Part shown: one piece after another, positions 50,156 to 60,432 of the stretch
Layout of the letters: each line of letters starts with the position of its first letter
How positions within the stretch are numbered: the first letter of the stretch is position 1
From: an uncultured Acidobacteriota bacterium
Lineage (GTDB): Bacteria > Acidobacteriota > Terriglobia > UBA7540
Assembly (NCBI GenBank): GCA_963804995.1
Contig: CAWDSK010000003.1
Coordinates: forward strand, 288,001 to 352,000
DNA length: 64,000 nt
Reading direction: 5' to 3'
Notes under the pieces: generated by a model
Database searches by the model: none
What the model was told of the DNA's origin: nothing
Seen by the model: only the letters and a program-made list of their open reading frames with translations
Program-made: the position numbers and the translations under genes

Positions 50156-51052
50156 ATGGAAATCACCCAGCTCGAAGCCTTTGTGGCCGTGGTGGAAGAG
50201 AAAAGTTTTTCGCGCGCCGCAGCGCGCCTGCTACGCACTCAGCCGGCCATCAGTCAGTCCGTCCGCCGTCTGGAGGAGTGGGCCGGCGAACCCCTGCTGG
50301 ATCGCTCAATCAAGAGCGGAGTGCTCACCGCACCCGGCCGGCTCTTATACGACTATGCCAAGAAGCTCTTGAACTTGCGCCTGGAGGCACGCTCGGCCCT
50401 CCAGGAACTACGGGCGCTCGAACGCGGCAAAGTCACGATTGGCGCCAATGAAAGCACCGCCCTTTACCTGCTCCCGGTGCTCAAGCGGTTTCGCGAGCGC
50501 CATCCGCGCATTCAGGTGGCGGTCAAGCGCAGCCTGTCGCGGGAGATTCCCAGCGCCCTGCTCCGCTACGAAATCGACCTGGGAGTCCTTTCCTACAATC
50601 CGCACAACCCGGATCTGGAATCCGCCGTAGTCAGCGTCGATGAGCTCTGCCTGATCGTGCCGCCCCGGCATCGCCTGGCGCGGGCGGGCGAGATAAGCAT
50701 TCGCGAACTCGGCGAAGAGCAGTTCATCGCCCATAACATTTCTTCCCCCTACCGGCAGCGCGTCATCGAAACCTTCGCCCGCCACCACACCCCGCTCCAA
50801 ATCGCCGCCGAACTGCCTACGGTCGAGACCATCAAGAAATCCGTGGGCATGGGGATGGGCGTGGCCTTCGTTCCGCGCATGTGCGTGCAGGAAGAGCTGA
50901 CCAGGGGCGAATTCGCCGCCGTACCCGTCAGCGAGTTGCGCATCCAACGTAAACTCCGCCTGCTTTACCGAAGACACGCCACGCTCTCGGCGGCGGCACA
51001 AGGCTTCCTCGAAGTCGCGCGCACCATGGCCGAGCATCAATTGGGCGATTGA
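50156..51052 (+). CDS. LysR-family transcriptional regulator
   Basis: SFSRAAARLLRTQPAISQSVRRLE HTH; ETIKKSVGMGMGVAFVP. Confidence 0.95.
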   Translation: MEITQLEAFVAVVEEKSFSRAAARLLRTQPAISQSVRRLEEWAGEPLLDRSIKSGVLTAPGRLLYDYAKKLLNLRLEARSALQELRALERGKVTIGANESTALYLLPVLKRFRERHPRIQVAVKRSLSREIPSALLRYEIDLGVLSYNPHNPDLESAVVSVDELCLIVPPRHRLARAGEISIRELGEEQFIAHNISSPYRQRVIETFARHHTPLQIAAELPTVETIKKSVGMGMGVAFVPRMCVQEELTRGEFAAVPVSELRIQRKLRLLYRRHATLSAAAQGFLEVARTMAEHQLGD

Positions 51053-51997
51053 CTACGTGAAGATTGAAATCTTGGTGCGGCGATCCCCTTGTCTGGTAGC
51101 CACGGTCAACGTTCTTATGACCGTGGGCTTTTGTGGCGGTGGTCGAATTATAATAATTTTGCTCTGGACAATGTGACGATAGCGGCGTGCCCCACCTGAT
51201 TGACTATGTGCGGTTGCCGCTGGGGTATCGGGCATAAGAAAAGACCACGGTCAGGAAAACGCTGACTGTGGCGACCCGCTGAACGCTTCGCAGCCCCAAA
51301 GGGGCGAACTACGGCAGCCCAGGCTAAACGGCATGAGCGTTAACCTAGCCCTCGCCCTTGGGGAGAGGGCTATGATTCTCTTCTGGTTGCGGCATCGCCA
51401 CGCTGCGCTACCCGCTACGGTTGCCCGCTGCTTCGCAGCCCCAAATGGGCGAGCTATCACAGTCCAAGCCGAAGGTCCGCCGATCGTAATAGTGGGCCAA
51501 CGGCCCATAAACGCTAACTTAACCCGTTTGGGAGCCACGATACATCCTGATTGCTTCCGGTCGCCCTGTCGTTCGTGCAGAATCGCGGATTAGCGCTGGC
51601 CCATCTTTGGTAAACACAAGGCGACAAGGCAGGAGCTATTTCCTTGAACCCCTTTTTGGACCATGAGGGTTACATCTCCGGTCAAGCCGCTGGAACGTCA
51701 AAGTGCCGGGCGTGGCGATTCCCGCGTCGACTACTAAACCCTTGGCGACCTATGGGGAGAAATATGGAGAACCCGCAGCAACAGTTTTTCGATGAGCCAT
51801 CTGATGCATTGGTTAGTACTGGGGACTTGTGCCAGCCCTGTTCGCGGCGTTCCTGCCGCCGCTCACCTGTTATTTCAACTCGCGCCGAGATTACCCATCT
51901 TCTTATCCAGAATTAGATGGCTTAGGTGCGAAGCGAAGTACGGCGGGAAGTTCATGCGGTGCAGGAGGTCTTCGATGCGAGGGTCGGAGTGCCAGGA

Positions 51998-54900
51998 TTA
52001 TTTCAGCTTTGCGTATTCCGCCTTGGCTTGCTTGAGCACGGGAACATCAGGGTCGGCGTCTTTCCAGAGGGTGAGGAAGTCCTGATAAGCGGCGCGGGCT
52101 TTGGCGCGGGCGTCCTGCTGTAGGGGCGCCCCTTGTGGGTGACCCTGGGCGGGCACGAGGCCCGCCCCTACACCGGCTTCGAGGGCGTAAGCGCGTGCCA
52201 GTCCGAGGCGAGCCAGCGGACCCCAGGGAAAGTTCAGCACCAGTCCTCGGTGGTCGATAAATTTCTGAAATTCCGCTGCGGCCCCGTTGCCGTCGTGGAG
52301 CATGAGATAGGCTTCCCCACGCAAATAAACCGGGCACAGGAATATAGTGACGTAGTTGCCCACAGGTGCGCCGAGTTCGATCGTGCTCACTACCTTCAAG
52401 AGTTCGATGGCCCGGTTCGGGTCGTGGCGTTCCAGCGCGACCCCCGCCCGGATCGTGGGCAGCCAATACCTCTGGACCAGCGTGTCCAGAGGGAAGGTCT
52501 TGTCGAGTTCGGCCGCCAGCTTCTCCGCCCCTGCCGCATCTCCTGCCCGCGCCAGGGCCAGCGCCACTATCGCCCGCACATCGCGGTTGGCGGCCAGCTT
52601 CAACGCCGCATGGGCCTCGGCACGCGCCTGCTCCCTGTTGCCCGCTTCCACCTCGCGCAGCGCGGCCGCAGCCTGATAGGCTGCGGCGGCCTCTTTGGCG
52701 TCGTTGTGCTCGGCTGCATCCATCGCCCGCCGGGTCAGTTCGTGCGCGTTCTTCAGCTTGCCGTACCAACCTTCCGTGTCCGCTTGCGTGGCCAGCAACA
52801 GATCTTCCACGCCCGGCTTGCCCATGGCGGCTGAGGCCAACTGCGCCATTTGCGCCGTATCGCCCTTCAGAAAGGCCAACAGGTAGCGGTTCTGGAACAG
52901 AAACTCGCCCTCCACCTTGCGCTCCTCCGCCTGCTTGCACACCGCCTCCGCTTCATCCAGCCGGTTGAGGGCCATGTATGCGCGACTGAGGTTGGAATAG
53001 TTGCCCCCCCTATTTGCCTCCAGGGACAGCGCCTCTCGATCTTCCTCCAATGTCTTTTCCCCGTTTCCCAGGATAGAGGAAATAACTCCCCGCAGGTAGT
53101 AAGGAAAGCCGTCTCTTGGGTAGGTCTGCTGCCACAGTTCGACGGTCTGCGCCCCCCTCTCCAAGTCTCCCGTCGCCCAAAAGTAGTAGTTCCACTCAAT
53201 CAAGAACCGCTCCCGTTCGCTTACCTTCTCCCGCAGGTCGTAAGCCTTGCGTGCATTTTCGGCCCCCCGGCCCAATTCGTTTCGGTCCCCGTAGAGAGCC
53301 GACATGGCGCGGTAGGCCATGGCAAAATTCGAGTCGAGGTCCACCGCCCGTTCGAAGAAGGGCAGGGCGGCTGTTTGCCCTTTCGTACGGGCCGTCTTTA
53401 TTCCCAGGCTGTAGGCTTTCAGCGCCTCCAGGGATGGTGTGGTTGCTTCCTCCACTGGCGTGGCGTATTTCTGCACCGAGCTGAGCGACTCGCCCAATTT
53501 GCTCCGCAGACTGACCGCCGCAGCGTCCAGAGCCTTGAGCACCGCCTCCTTGCCCGCCGCCTGCTCCTGCGCTTCCGCCAGAACGTCGCCCGTGTTGCAG
53601 TTCACTGCCTTCAGGCCAATCACGTACTGGCTGCCCAGCCCCGCAATCGAGCCGGTCAGCATGGCCTTGCTGCCCGTCCGCTCGCAGACCTCGCGTGTGA
53701 CCTCCGGCGTCAGCCGGTCACCGGCGGAACGTCCCATCAGCTTCAATGTCTCATTTACCTTGGCCTCGGAAACCAGGGCGAGAAAGGGCGACTGCTCAAG
53801 CTGCACCGAGAGTCCCTGTTTCAGCGTGTCATCGAATACCGCATCGCCCGTCTTGTTGTCAAAATCGGAAAGAACAATGGGGTCCTTGTCGGTGAGCCGG
53901 GCCGTGGCCTGGCACGAGCGGAAGTAGAACGTCCCCCCAATGGCAACAGCGACAAGGATCACGGCGGCACCGGCCAAGGCGATTGCCAGCGGGCGACGCT
54001 TCTGTAGCGGCGGTGTCCCCACCGCCGCGCGGCGATCAGAGATTGCCGCTGCAGCCCGCCCGGAGTCCGTATCACGTTTCAAGCGTTGGAGGTCGGATCG
54101 CATGTCTGAAGCCGACTGGTAACGCAACTGCCGGTCTTTCTCCAACGCTTTATTAATGATCTCTTCCAGCTTGGGCGGCAGGTCAGGATTGAGGCTCTTT
54201 GGCGAAACTGGCTGCTGCGTCAGGATCGCTTGCTGAACCACTGCTGCCGTCTCGCCAGGAAAAGCCTGCCGCCCCGTGGCCATCTCGTAGAGCACCGCAC
54301 CAAAACTGAAGATGTCCGTGCGCGCATCGAGCGCTTCACCTCGTGCTTGTTCGGGCGACATGTAAGCCGCGGTGCCAATGGGGGAGCCCTGCTGGGTGAG
54401 GGTGTCGTCCGTCGTGCGCGTCGGCCCCGCCGTAGCACGGTCACCTTGCTCGGGTTCACTCCGCGCCACGGCCGAGACCCCGATGAATCGGGGCAGGCTG
54501 CCTGTGCTGCGAGGCAATTTCGCTACGCCGAAATCCAGAATCTTGGCTTGGCCATGTATGGTCAGGAAGATGTTCGCCGGCTTGATGTCGCGATGGATGA
54601 TGCCCTTGCCGTGTGCCGCCTCGAGCCCCGCCGCAATCTGGACGGCGAGGTCGAGCAACGTGTCCAATTGTAGCGGCGGTCTCTGACCGCCGATTCGTCG
54701 ATCAGAGATCGACGCTACAGCGAGCCGCTCCTTCAGCGTCTGGCCCTCCAGCAGTTCCATGGCGATGAACGGCTGGCCCTCGTACTCGTCGATGTCATGT
54801 ACGGTGCAGATGTTGGGGTGGTTCAGGGCGCTTGCAGCACGGGCTTCACGCTGGAAACGGGCGAGGGCCTGCCGGTCATGGGCCACTTCCGATGGCAGAA

Positions 54901-55474
54901 ACTTCAGCGCCACCGCTCGACCCAGCCGCGTGTCCTCCGCCTTGTAGATCACCCCCATCGCGCCACTGCCAATGCGACCCAGCACGCGATAATGTGAAAC
55001 CGTCTGACCGGCCAGATCGGTGGAGGCCTCCTCGGCCCCTTCTCCCGAAGCAGCCTCAAGTGAAGGCGGCTCAGGAGCGGCGAGCACTTCGGGACTGCCC
55101 GGTTCGACTACGGGGGCGGCCACCTGGGGCGAGGCGATAACCTCCACGGGGGCGATGAACCGGTAGCCGCGCCTTGCCAGCGTCTCGATGTAGCGAGGTT
55201 CATCCGCCGAGTCGCCCAAGGCCCGGCGCAGCGTCTTGACTGCCGCGTTAATGCTGTGTTCGAACTCAACAATGGTGTCGTGCGGCCAAAGCCGGTGCTG
55301 CAACTCCTCGCGTGCCACCAACTCCCCCGGACGCGCCAGCAGCATGGCCAGCACTTCCATGGGTTGACCCGAGAGCTTGATCTTTAGGCCATGGTTGCGC
55401 AGTTCCAGTGTGTGCCGATCAAACTCGAAGGCTTCGAACCGGACTAAGCGTGCAGGGGAAGTAGCAGCATCCAT
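51998..55474 (-). CDS. winged-helix / Ser-Thr protein kinase / TPR protein
   Basis: OmpR-like wHTH (RYIETLARRGYRF), IGSGAMGVIY, VALKF, HRDIKPAN, DFG, GTAAYMSPEQ, TPR-like C-terminus. Confidence 0.93.
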   Translation of the reverse strand: MDAATSPARLVRFEAFEFDRHTLELRNHGLKIKLSGQPMEVLAMLLARPGELVAREELQHRLWPHDTIVEFEHSINAAVKTLRRALGDSADEPRYIETLARRGYRFIAPVEVIASPQVAAPVVEPGSPEVLAAPEPPSLEAASGEGAEEASTDLAGQTVSHYRVLGRIGSGAMGVIYKAEDTRLGRAVALKFLPSEVAHDRQALARFQREARAASALNHPNICTVHDIDEYEGQPFIAMELLEGQTLKERLAVASISDRRIGGQRPPLQLDTLLDLAVQIAAGLEAAHGKGIIHRDIKPANIFLTIHGQAKILDFGVAKLPRSTGSLPRFIGVSAVARSEPEQGDRATAGPTRTTDDTLTQQGSPIGTAAYMSPEQARGEALDARTDIFSFGAVLYEMATGRQAFPGETAAVVQQAILTQQPVSPKSLNPDLPPKLEEIINKALEKDRQLRYQSASDMRSDLQRLKRDTDSGRAAAAISDRRAAVGTPPLQKRRPLAIALAGAAVILVAVAIGGTFYFRSCQATARLTDKDPIVLSDFDNKTGDAVFDDTLKQGLSVQLEQSPFLALVSEAKVNETLKLMGRSAGDRLTPEVTREVCERTGSKAMLTGSIAGLGSQYVIGLKAVNCNTGDVLAEAQEQAAGKEAVLKALDAAAVSLRSKLGESLSSVQKYATPVEEATTPSLEALKAYSLGIKTARTKGQTAALPFFERAVDLDSNFAMAYRAMSALYGDRNELGRGAENARKAYDLREKVSERERFLIEWNYYFWATGDLERGAQTVELWQQTYPRDGFPYYLRGVISSILGNGEKTLEEDREALSLEANRGGNYSNLSRAYMALNRLDEAEAVCKQAEERKVEGEFLFQNRYLLAFLKGDTAQMAQLASAAMGKPGVEDLLLATQADTEGWYGKLKNAHELTRRAMDAAEHNDAKEAAAAYQAAAALREVEAGNREQARAEAHAALKLAANRDVRAIVALALARAGDAAGAEKLAAELDKTFPLDTLVQRYWLPTIRAGVALERHDPNRAIELLKVVSTIELGAPVGNYVTIFLCPVYLRGEAYLMLHDGNGAAAEFQKFIDHRGLVLNFPWGPLARLGLARAYALEAGVGAGLVPAQGHPQGAPLQQDARAKARAAYQDFLTLWKDADPDVPVLKQAKAEYAKLK

Positions 55475-55897
55475 CGCCGGCGGCAGCCTGGGGTGGGGAT
55501 GCGATCGAATCTCCTCCGGTAGGACCGACGGGCTGCCGTTCCTCCCGGTTCCGAGGTTGGCCAGAGTCTAGTCCCTGTTTAGTGCAGAGTCAATGCAAAT
55601 AGGTGACCCGTCGGACCTGTTCTCCACGCATTCCTGGACAACCGTGGTACAGCGGCCCAGATGCCAGGCATGCTTGAGACTCCAATGTTTGAAGCTGTCT
55701 GGAGTCGCTGTCGCATCCATTCCACCCGACCCTTCAAGTCTAACCATCTTCCTGCCAATAGGTTAGGTCTTCACCTATTCTTCCGACATCTTTCACCCTC
55801 CTTGCATTGAGGTAGCAGCCTACCAAGTACCAAATGGGCGTCACCAAGCGGCCCGCCTGGCCACCAGTTGAAGCCGGCGGGCAGAGAGGTGATGACC

Positions 55898-56584
55898 ATG
55901 AAACGGTTCTTTGCCAGCTTCCTCGTCTTTAGTTTCCTTCTTACTTTCAATTCTCCATCTCTTGCGCATGACGGCAGCAAGAAGACTGGCGTCGCAATGC
56001 CAGGAATTAACGTGTTGGTCTGCAACCATGCCCAAGTGCCAGGGCAGACCCTGGACCAGGCGGAAAGGGAGGTGGCAAGGATTTTCCACGACGTGGGGAT
56101 CGGGGTCACGTGGAGGAACTGCAACCCTGAGATGACGGGCATCCACCAGGACGTCAACCGCACTCAAGGGGTGAGGCCAACCGATCTTATCTTGAGGATC
56201 GTCCCGGAGATTACCGTCAGCCCGGGTGTTAGCCACGACACAACCATGGGCTTTGCCATTGGAAACCACGCCAGCATTTCCTTCCGCCGGGTCAGACAAG
56301 AGGCGGTAAAGTTCGGAGTAGAACCCGACGAAGTCCTCGGTCCTGCCGTCGCACACGAAATCGGCCACCTGCTGGGGCAGCAGGGACATTCTCCCACCGG
56401 GATCATGCGGGAGCGCTGGGAACGGATGGACTATAAAATCCCCCCGCCGTCGGCCTTCAGGTTTACCCCGGAGCAGGCGAAGCAGATGCGCACCGAGGTG
56501 AGGGAACACGAGCGACAGCAGGCGACAGAGGCCCCCAATCTAACCACATATTCACAAAGATCGCCGGGGGTAGCTCCCCTGTAA
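55898..56584 (+). CDS. secreted protein with HExxH zinc-protease-like motif
   Basis: Signal peptide; AHEIGHLLG..GHS.TGIM. Confidence 0.75.
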   Translation: MKRFFASFLVFSFLLTFNSPSLAHDGSKKTGVAMPGINVLVCNHAQVPGQTLDQAEREVARIFHDVGIGVTWRNCNPEMTGIHQDVNRTQGVRPTDLILRIVPEITVSPGVSHDTTMGFAIGNHASISFRRVRQEAVKFGVEPDEVLGPAVAHEIGHLLGQQGHSPTGIMRERWERMDYKIPPPSAFRFTPEQAKQMRTEVREHERQQATEAPNLTTYSQRSPGVAPL

Positions 56585-56825
56585 CGGCGTAGGGTAGAGC
56601 GAAGTCGCTCAACCCCTCTATCATTGCCTATTCGGAAACTGGTGAACCCGCCTCAATCCGCCAGCGTCGGTTCGACGTTGACTAGGACTTAGGTTAATCC
56701 CTATGACCCTGGGTACTCGCTGGAAAGGGCAGTATGATATCGATAGAGTTAAGGCGTCGACAAGGATAGAAGAATTGGGCTATGCCGTCCCCTCTATTTC
56801 GATCTGAGGCGGTGATATAAGCACT

Positions 56826-57464
56826 ATGAGCTTGGAAGAAGAAACAGGACGCGGGACATTGACGCACGCCTCGGGATGCGCAGGATCTTCCGGCGAAATA
56901 TCGATTGTGCGGTTGCAGGTGTTCACGCTGATCTGGATGGTGGTGGAGTGCGCCCTTGCCCTCTTTTCTGCAAGGCGCGCACGGAGCCCTGTGCTTTTGG
57001 CCTTTGGCGCCGATAGTCTCATCGAACTCTTGTCGGCGCTCGTGGTGCTTCTACAGTTTGTCCCACGCCTTGCTTTGAGCACCGCTCGGGCCGGGAGGCT
57101 CGCGGGCATCCTTCTCTTCCTGCTCGCTGCGGTCATCACTATGAGTTCTGCCTTCGCGCTGTGGCAGCATGTGCGGCCCGATACAAGTTGGATCGGCATA
57201 GGCGTTACCATTGCCGCGGTCGTGGTCATGCCCGCGCTGAGTTCGGCGAAGCGAAGAGCCGGGAAAACAGCTCGCAATGCTGCGTTGACTGCCGACGCGG
57301 TGCAGTCAGCGACCTGTGCTTACCTTGCCGGCATAACCCTTGCCGGCTTGGTCCTCAATGCGGTGCTTCATATCCGCTGGATAGACCCCGCCGCCGCGCT
57401 GGTTGCGGTTCCAGTCATCTGCCTTGAGGGGAAGAAAGCATTGCAGGGCGAGGAGTGTTGTTAG
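56826..57464 (+). CDS. cation-efflux-like membrane protein (TM domain only)
   Basis: LLAFGADSLIELLS, AL.ADA.QS..C.YL, WIDP. Confidence 0.8.
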   Translation: MSLEEETGRGTLTHASGCAGSSGEISIVRLQVFTLIWMVVECALALFSARRARSPVLLAFGADSLIELLSALVVLLQFVPRLALSTARAGRLAGILLFLLAAVITMSSAFALWQHVRPDTSWIGIGVTIAAVVVMPALSSAKRRAGKTARNAALTADAVQSATCAYLAGITLAGLVLNAVLHIRWIDPAAALVAVPVICLEGKKALQGEECC

Positions 57465-57512
57465 TTGGGATACCTCGCCAAGTCGAGATACTCCCATCGA
57501 GCAAGCGTAGCG

Positions 57513-59425
57513 GTTGCGGTAGGGATACCGGTTACCCGGTACCCCCCGCACGGATCCGTACGTGCGCTGGTTAGCGCATACGGCTCTTATCTCGGATGTG
57601 TGGCGGCGAACCGTTGGGATGGCCAAGGATGCACAACGTGCGGAGCAGGCAACCAGCAGGCCGCAAGCTTCCCCAGTCGGTCCCAGTTGAGGCGGTGGCG
57701 TTGACTGCGTTGACGCAGTTGTGTTCGCCACAGTCGGGTCAACCGTTCCCGAAAGATTCGCAGGCGGTCGAGGTTTCCCGGTACCGCGTGATAGTTGAAG
57801 TAGCCTTGCACGACCGACCGGAGCCATTTACCCGTATCCGCGATGGGATCGTGCCGACGCTGCCGGAGTTGTTGCTTGAGTTCCTGCAACTTCCCCCGCA
57901 GGCGCTTGCTGATCGTCTTCCGCTTCACGGTAAATTGCCCCCTCCGGTTCTTCCCGCTGATATGCGTGAAGCCCAGAAAGTCGAACGTCTCCGGCTTACC
58001 TTCTCCTCTCCGTTTCCGGTAAAGTTCGGCAAACGGCCCGAACTCGATCCGGCGCGTTTTGTCAGGATGCAGTTCCAATCCAAACTTCCCCACCCGCTCC
58101 CGGAAATCCTCCAGAAAGCGGTCGGCTTCCGTCTGCGATTGGAATCCAAGGACCGTATCGTCGGCATACCGCACCACGACCACGTCTCCCCGGGCGTGCT
58201 TCTTGCGCCACGCCTGCACCCACAGGTCAAAGACGTAGTGCAGATAGATATTCGCCAGCAGGGGCGAGACCACCGCCCCTTGTGGCGTACCCATCTCCGT
58301 CTCCGACCATTCGCCTTCCTCCCTCACCCCGGCTTTCAGCCATTTCTGGATGAGCCGGAGAATCCGGGGGTCGGCGACGCGATGCTGCACGAACTTGAGC
58401 ATCCATTCGTGGGATATCGAATCGAAAAATCCACGAATGTCCGCGTCAAGAACGTAGTTCACGTGCTTCACCGTGAGCGCGTACGAGAGCGCGTCCAGCG
58501 CTTGATGCTGGCTGCATCCCGGTCGAAAGCCATACGAGAAGCCCAGAAAGTCTTCCTCGTAAATCGCCTTGAGGATGGTGACCACGGCCTGTTGGACGAT
58601 CTTGTCCTCCAGTGCCGCAACCCCCAACGGACGTTGCCGCCCGTCGCCTTTCGGGATATACGCCCTTCGCGAGGGCTTCGCTCGGAATGCTCCGCGGTGG
58701 ACCCGGCTGTGCAGATCGACGAGTCGACCTTCCAGCCCGCTTTCATACTCCTGCCACGTCATGCCGTCTACTCCCGGTGCAGCTTTTCGCTTCAAGGCGT
58801 AAAAGCTTTCCCGCAGCAGATCGACCGTTAAGTGGTGGAGCAAGGCCGTGAACTTCATCTCCCTGTGTTCCTTCGCGGCTTTCCGCACACCCGCGAGTCC
58901 CTGGGACACGCGTGCCCCGCTCTGTGTCGGGTGCGTGTTAGGCCAACGGGTGTTCTCCTTGATCAGCGGCCTTCCCTCCTCATTCTCCGCCAACGGCTTC
59001 CCGTCTTTGTTCAAATGATTCATCGGTACTGTTCCGCTGTCCGACTCCTCGAAAGCGTGCAGGCGGGCTGTACGGCCATCGCCTTTTCCCGCCGTCCGGC
59101 CACGATCTACGGCGGCCGGCGCCTCCGAGGTCTCCCGGTTCTCGTGCAGAAAGTGTCTAGGCGTGTCTGGGGTCTACGACTACGCAGGACTGTGCCGGAA
59201 CTCGCGTTGGCGTCCCGGCCTCATGTTGCCTTCCGTTTAGTCTGAAAACGTCGGCGTCCTGATTGGACATTTTCGAAGCTCAATACCCAGCCCACCTATT
59301 CCCCTGTTTACGCTTCACCGTGCGCCTCACGACGCCCAGCGCAAAACTCGGGGCCGAGTGGATCGCTGCTCCTTCCTCGTGAGAAATTTTCATTCTCTGC
59401 TTTCTGCCGGTTTATCCCGGCGCAC
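57513..59425 (-). mobile_element. group II intron (probably bacterial class E), about 1.9 kb
   Basis: 5' end GTGCG at 59425. Domain V GAGCCGTATGCGCTAACCAGCGCACGTACGGATC lies right after the RT stop. Domain VI ends CCCTACCGCAAC at 57513. The flanks rejoin into an intact REP. Confidence 0.92.
57587..59023 (-). CDS. ltrA: group II intron reverse transcriptase/maturase without endonuclease domain
   Basis: APGVDG, RPLG, SYGFRP, DADIRGFFD, GTPQGAVVSPLLAN, RYADD, KPETFDFLGFTH, domain X (GYFNYHAV). Confidence 0.95.
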   Translation of the reverse strand: MNHLNKDGKPLAENEEGRPLIKENTRWPNTHPTQSGARVSQGLAGVRKAAKEHREMKFTALLHHLTVDLLRESFYALKRKAAPGVDGMTWQEYESGLEGRLVDLHSRVHRGAFRAKPSRRAYIPKGDGRQRPLGVAALEDKIVQQAVVTILKAIYEEDFLGFSYGFRPGCSQHQALDALSYALTVKHVNYVLDADIRGFFDSISHEWMLKFVQHRVADPRILRLIQKWLKAGVREEGEWSETEMGTPQGAVVSPLLANIYLHYVFDLWVQAWRKKHARGDVVVVRYADDTVLGFQSQTEADRFLEDFRERVGKFGLELHPDKTRRIEFGPFAELYRKRRGEGKPETFDFLGFTHISGKNRRGQFTVKRKTISKRLRGKLQELKQQLRQRRHDPIADTGKWLRSVVQGYFNYHAVPGNLDRLRIFRERLTRLWRTQLRQRSQRHRLNWDRLGKLAACWLPAPHVVHPWPSQRFAATHPR

Positions 59426-59540
59426 CGGACCTCCGTCTCTGAGGTCCGCGGTTCTTCCTGCAACATTTGAGCGAATGTATCGTGGCGAAGCAGCCATCGG
59501 GCTTAGCCGCCCGCGTCGGAGATTTGTGGATTCCCCTATA

Positions 59541-59583
59541 GAAGAACCGCGGACCCCAAAACCGGGGGACCGCGCTACGCTTA
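59541..59583. repeat. intact partner REP of the intron-interrupted doublet
   Basis: GAAGAACCGCGGACCCCAAAACCGGGGACCGCGCTACGCTT; a third copy at about 16710-16747. Confidence 0.85.
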
Positions 59584-59974
59584 CTGCTGCTTATGTTGAC
59601 CACATTTTTGGTATGACCTGACCATATGCTTGACTTGCGTTCCAAGGCACTGCCAGAGGGAAGCAGGTAGCAGAGTGTATGCCTTTCACACTCTGCGGTC
59701 CTTAATCTGATAAACATGCACTGTATTATTAACACACCAAAAGACAGGTAACAGGGAATAGGGAACAGGGAAAAGAAGAGGTCATAAAAGACGGTGACCA
59801 GTGACGAGTGGCGAGCAAGAAAGTCAAGAGGGGGGCACGCCCGACGAAGGAAGAACCGCCCCGATGCATCGGGGCGCTACACCTCCTGGCTGAGCTCTGG
59901 CCCCGGGCGTGTCCCCAAGTCACGTGCGTCTCAAGAAGACCTTCCCACCCCTTATTTATTCTAACCAAGGTATG

Positions 59975-60361
59975 CTAAAAAAACACGGCAGGTGAAACGT
60001 GGAATCGTTTGCTCAATTTCTCGATGTGGGTTTTGTTGAGGTGGCGTTTCTTGTGCAAAATTTCGGAGACGATGCTTTCAGAGCCGAAGATGGGGACGAG
60101 GTCTTTTTGGCGGAGATCATTGGCCTCCATCAACGCGCGAAGAACCTCTACCGGGGAGGCGTCAGGAATGGAATGATGCTCTTCCTCGTACGCTTCAATC
60201 AAAGTCATCAAGACTTCGGCATACTTCTCTTCATCACTCGCGGGATTAGCTTTGCTGGTTAGCTTGTCCAAGACCGAGAGGTATTCCTCATGCTGCCGCT
60301 CAGAGGTAATCGGGGTGGGCGAGCTGACTTCGAGGGCATATTTTTCAGATACTGCAATCAT
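59975..60361 (-). CDS. higA: HigA-like antitoxin (XRE HTH)
   Basis: LIEAYEEEH, LRALMEANDLRQKDL..IFGSESIVSEIL.KKR.L...HIEKLSKRF; ATG overlaps the upstream TGA (ATGA). Confidence 0.88.
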   Translation of the reverse strand: MIAVSEKYALEVSSPTPITSERQHEEYLSVLDKLTSKANPASDEEKYAEVLMTLIEAYEEEHHSIPDASPVEVLRALMEANDLRQKDLVPIFGSESIVSEILHKKRHLNKTHIEKLSKRFHVSPAVFF

Positions 60362-60432
60362 GACTTTTGCCACTCCTTCTCGTCGTATTCACCGTGATCG
60401 AGAATGTGTCGGATGTAAACCATTCTCCATAT
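60358..60432 (-). pseudogene. higB: 3' remnant of a HigB toxin gene
   Basis: Translates WRMVYIRHILDHGEYDEKEWQKS*, the typical HigB C-terminus; the N-terminal part is absent. Confidence 0.7.

Noticed and set aside
51251..51990. Short ORFs between the LysR and kinase genes
   Set aside because: The region is partly repeat-derived and shows no recognisable protein motifs.
57587..59023. Reverse transcriptase as a retron, DGR or defence RT
   Set aside because: It has domain X, a GTGCG 5' end and domains V/VI, so it is a group II intron. No TR/VR pair or msr-msd was seen.
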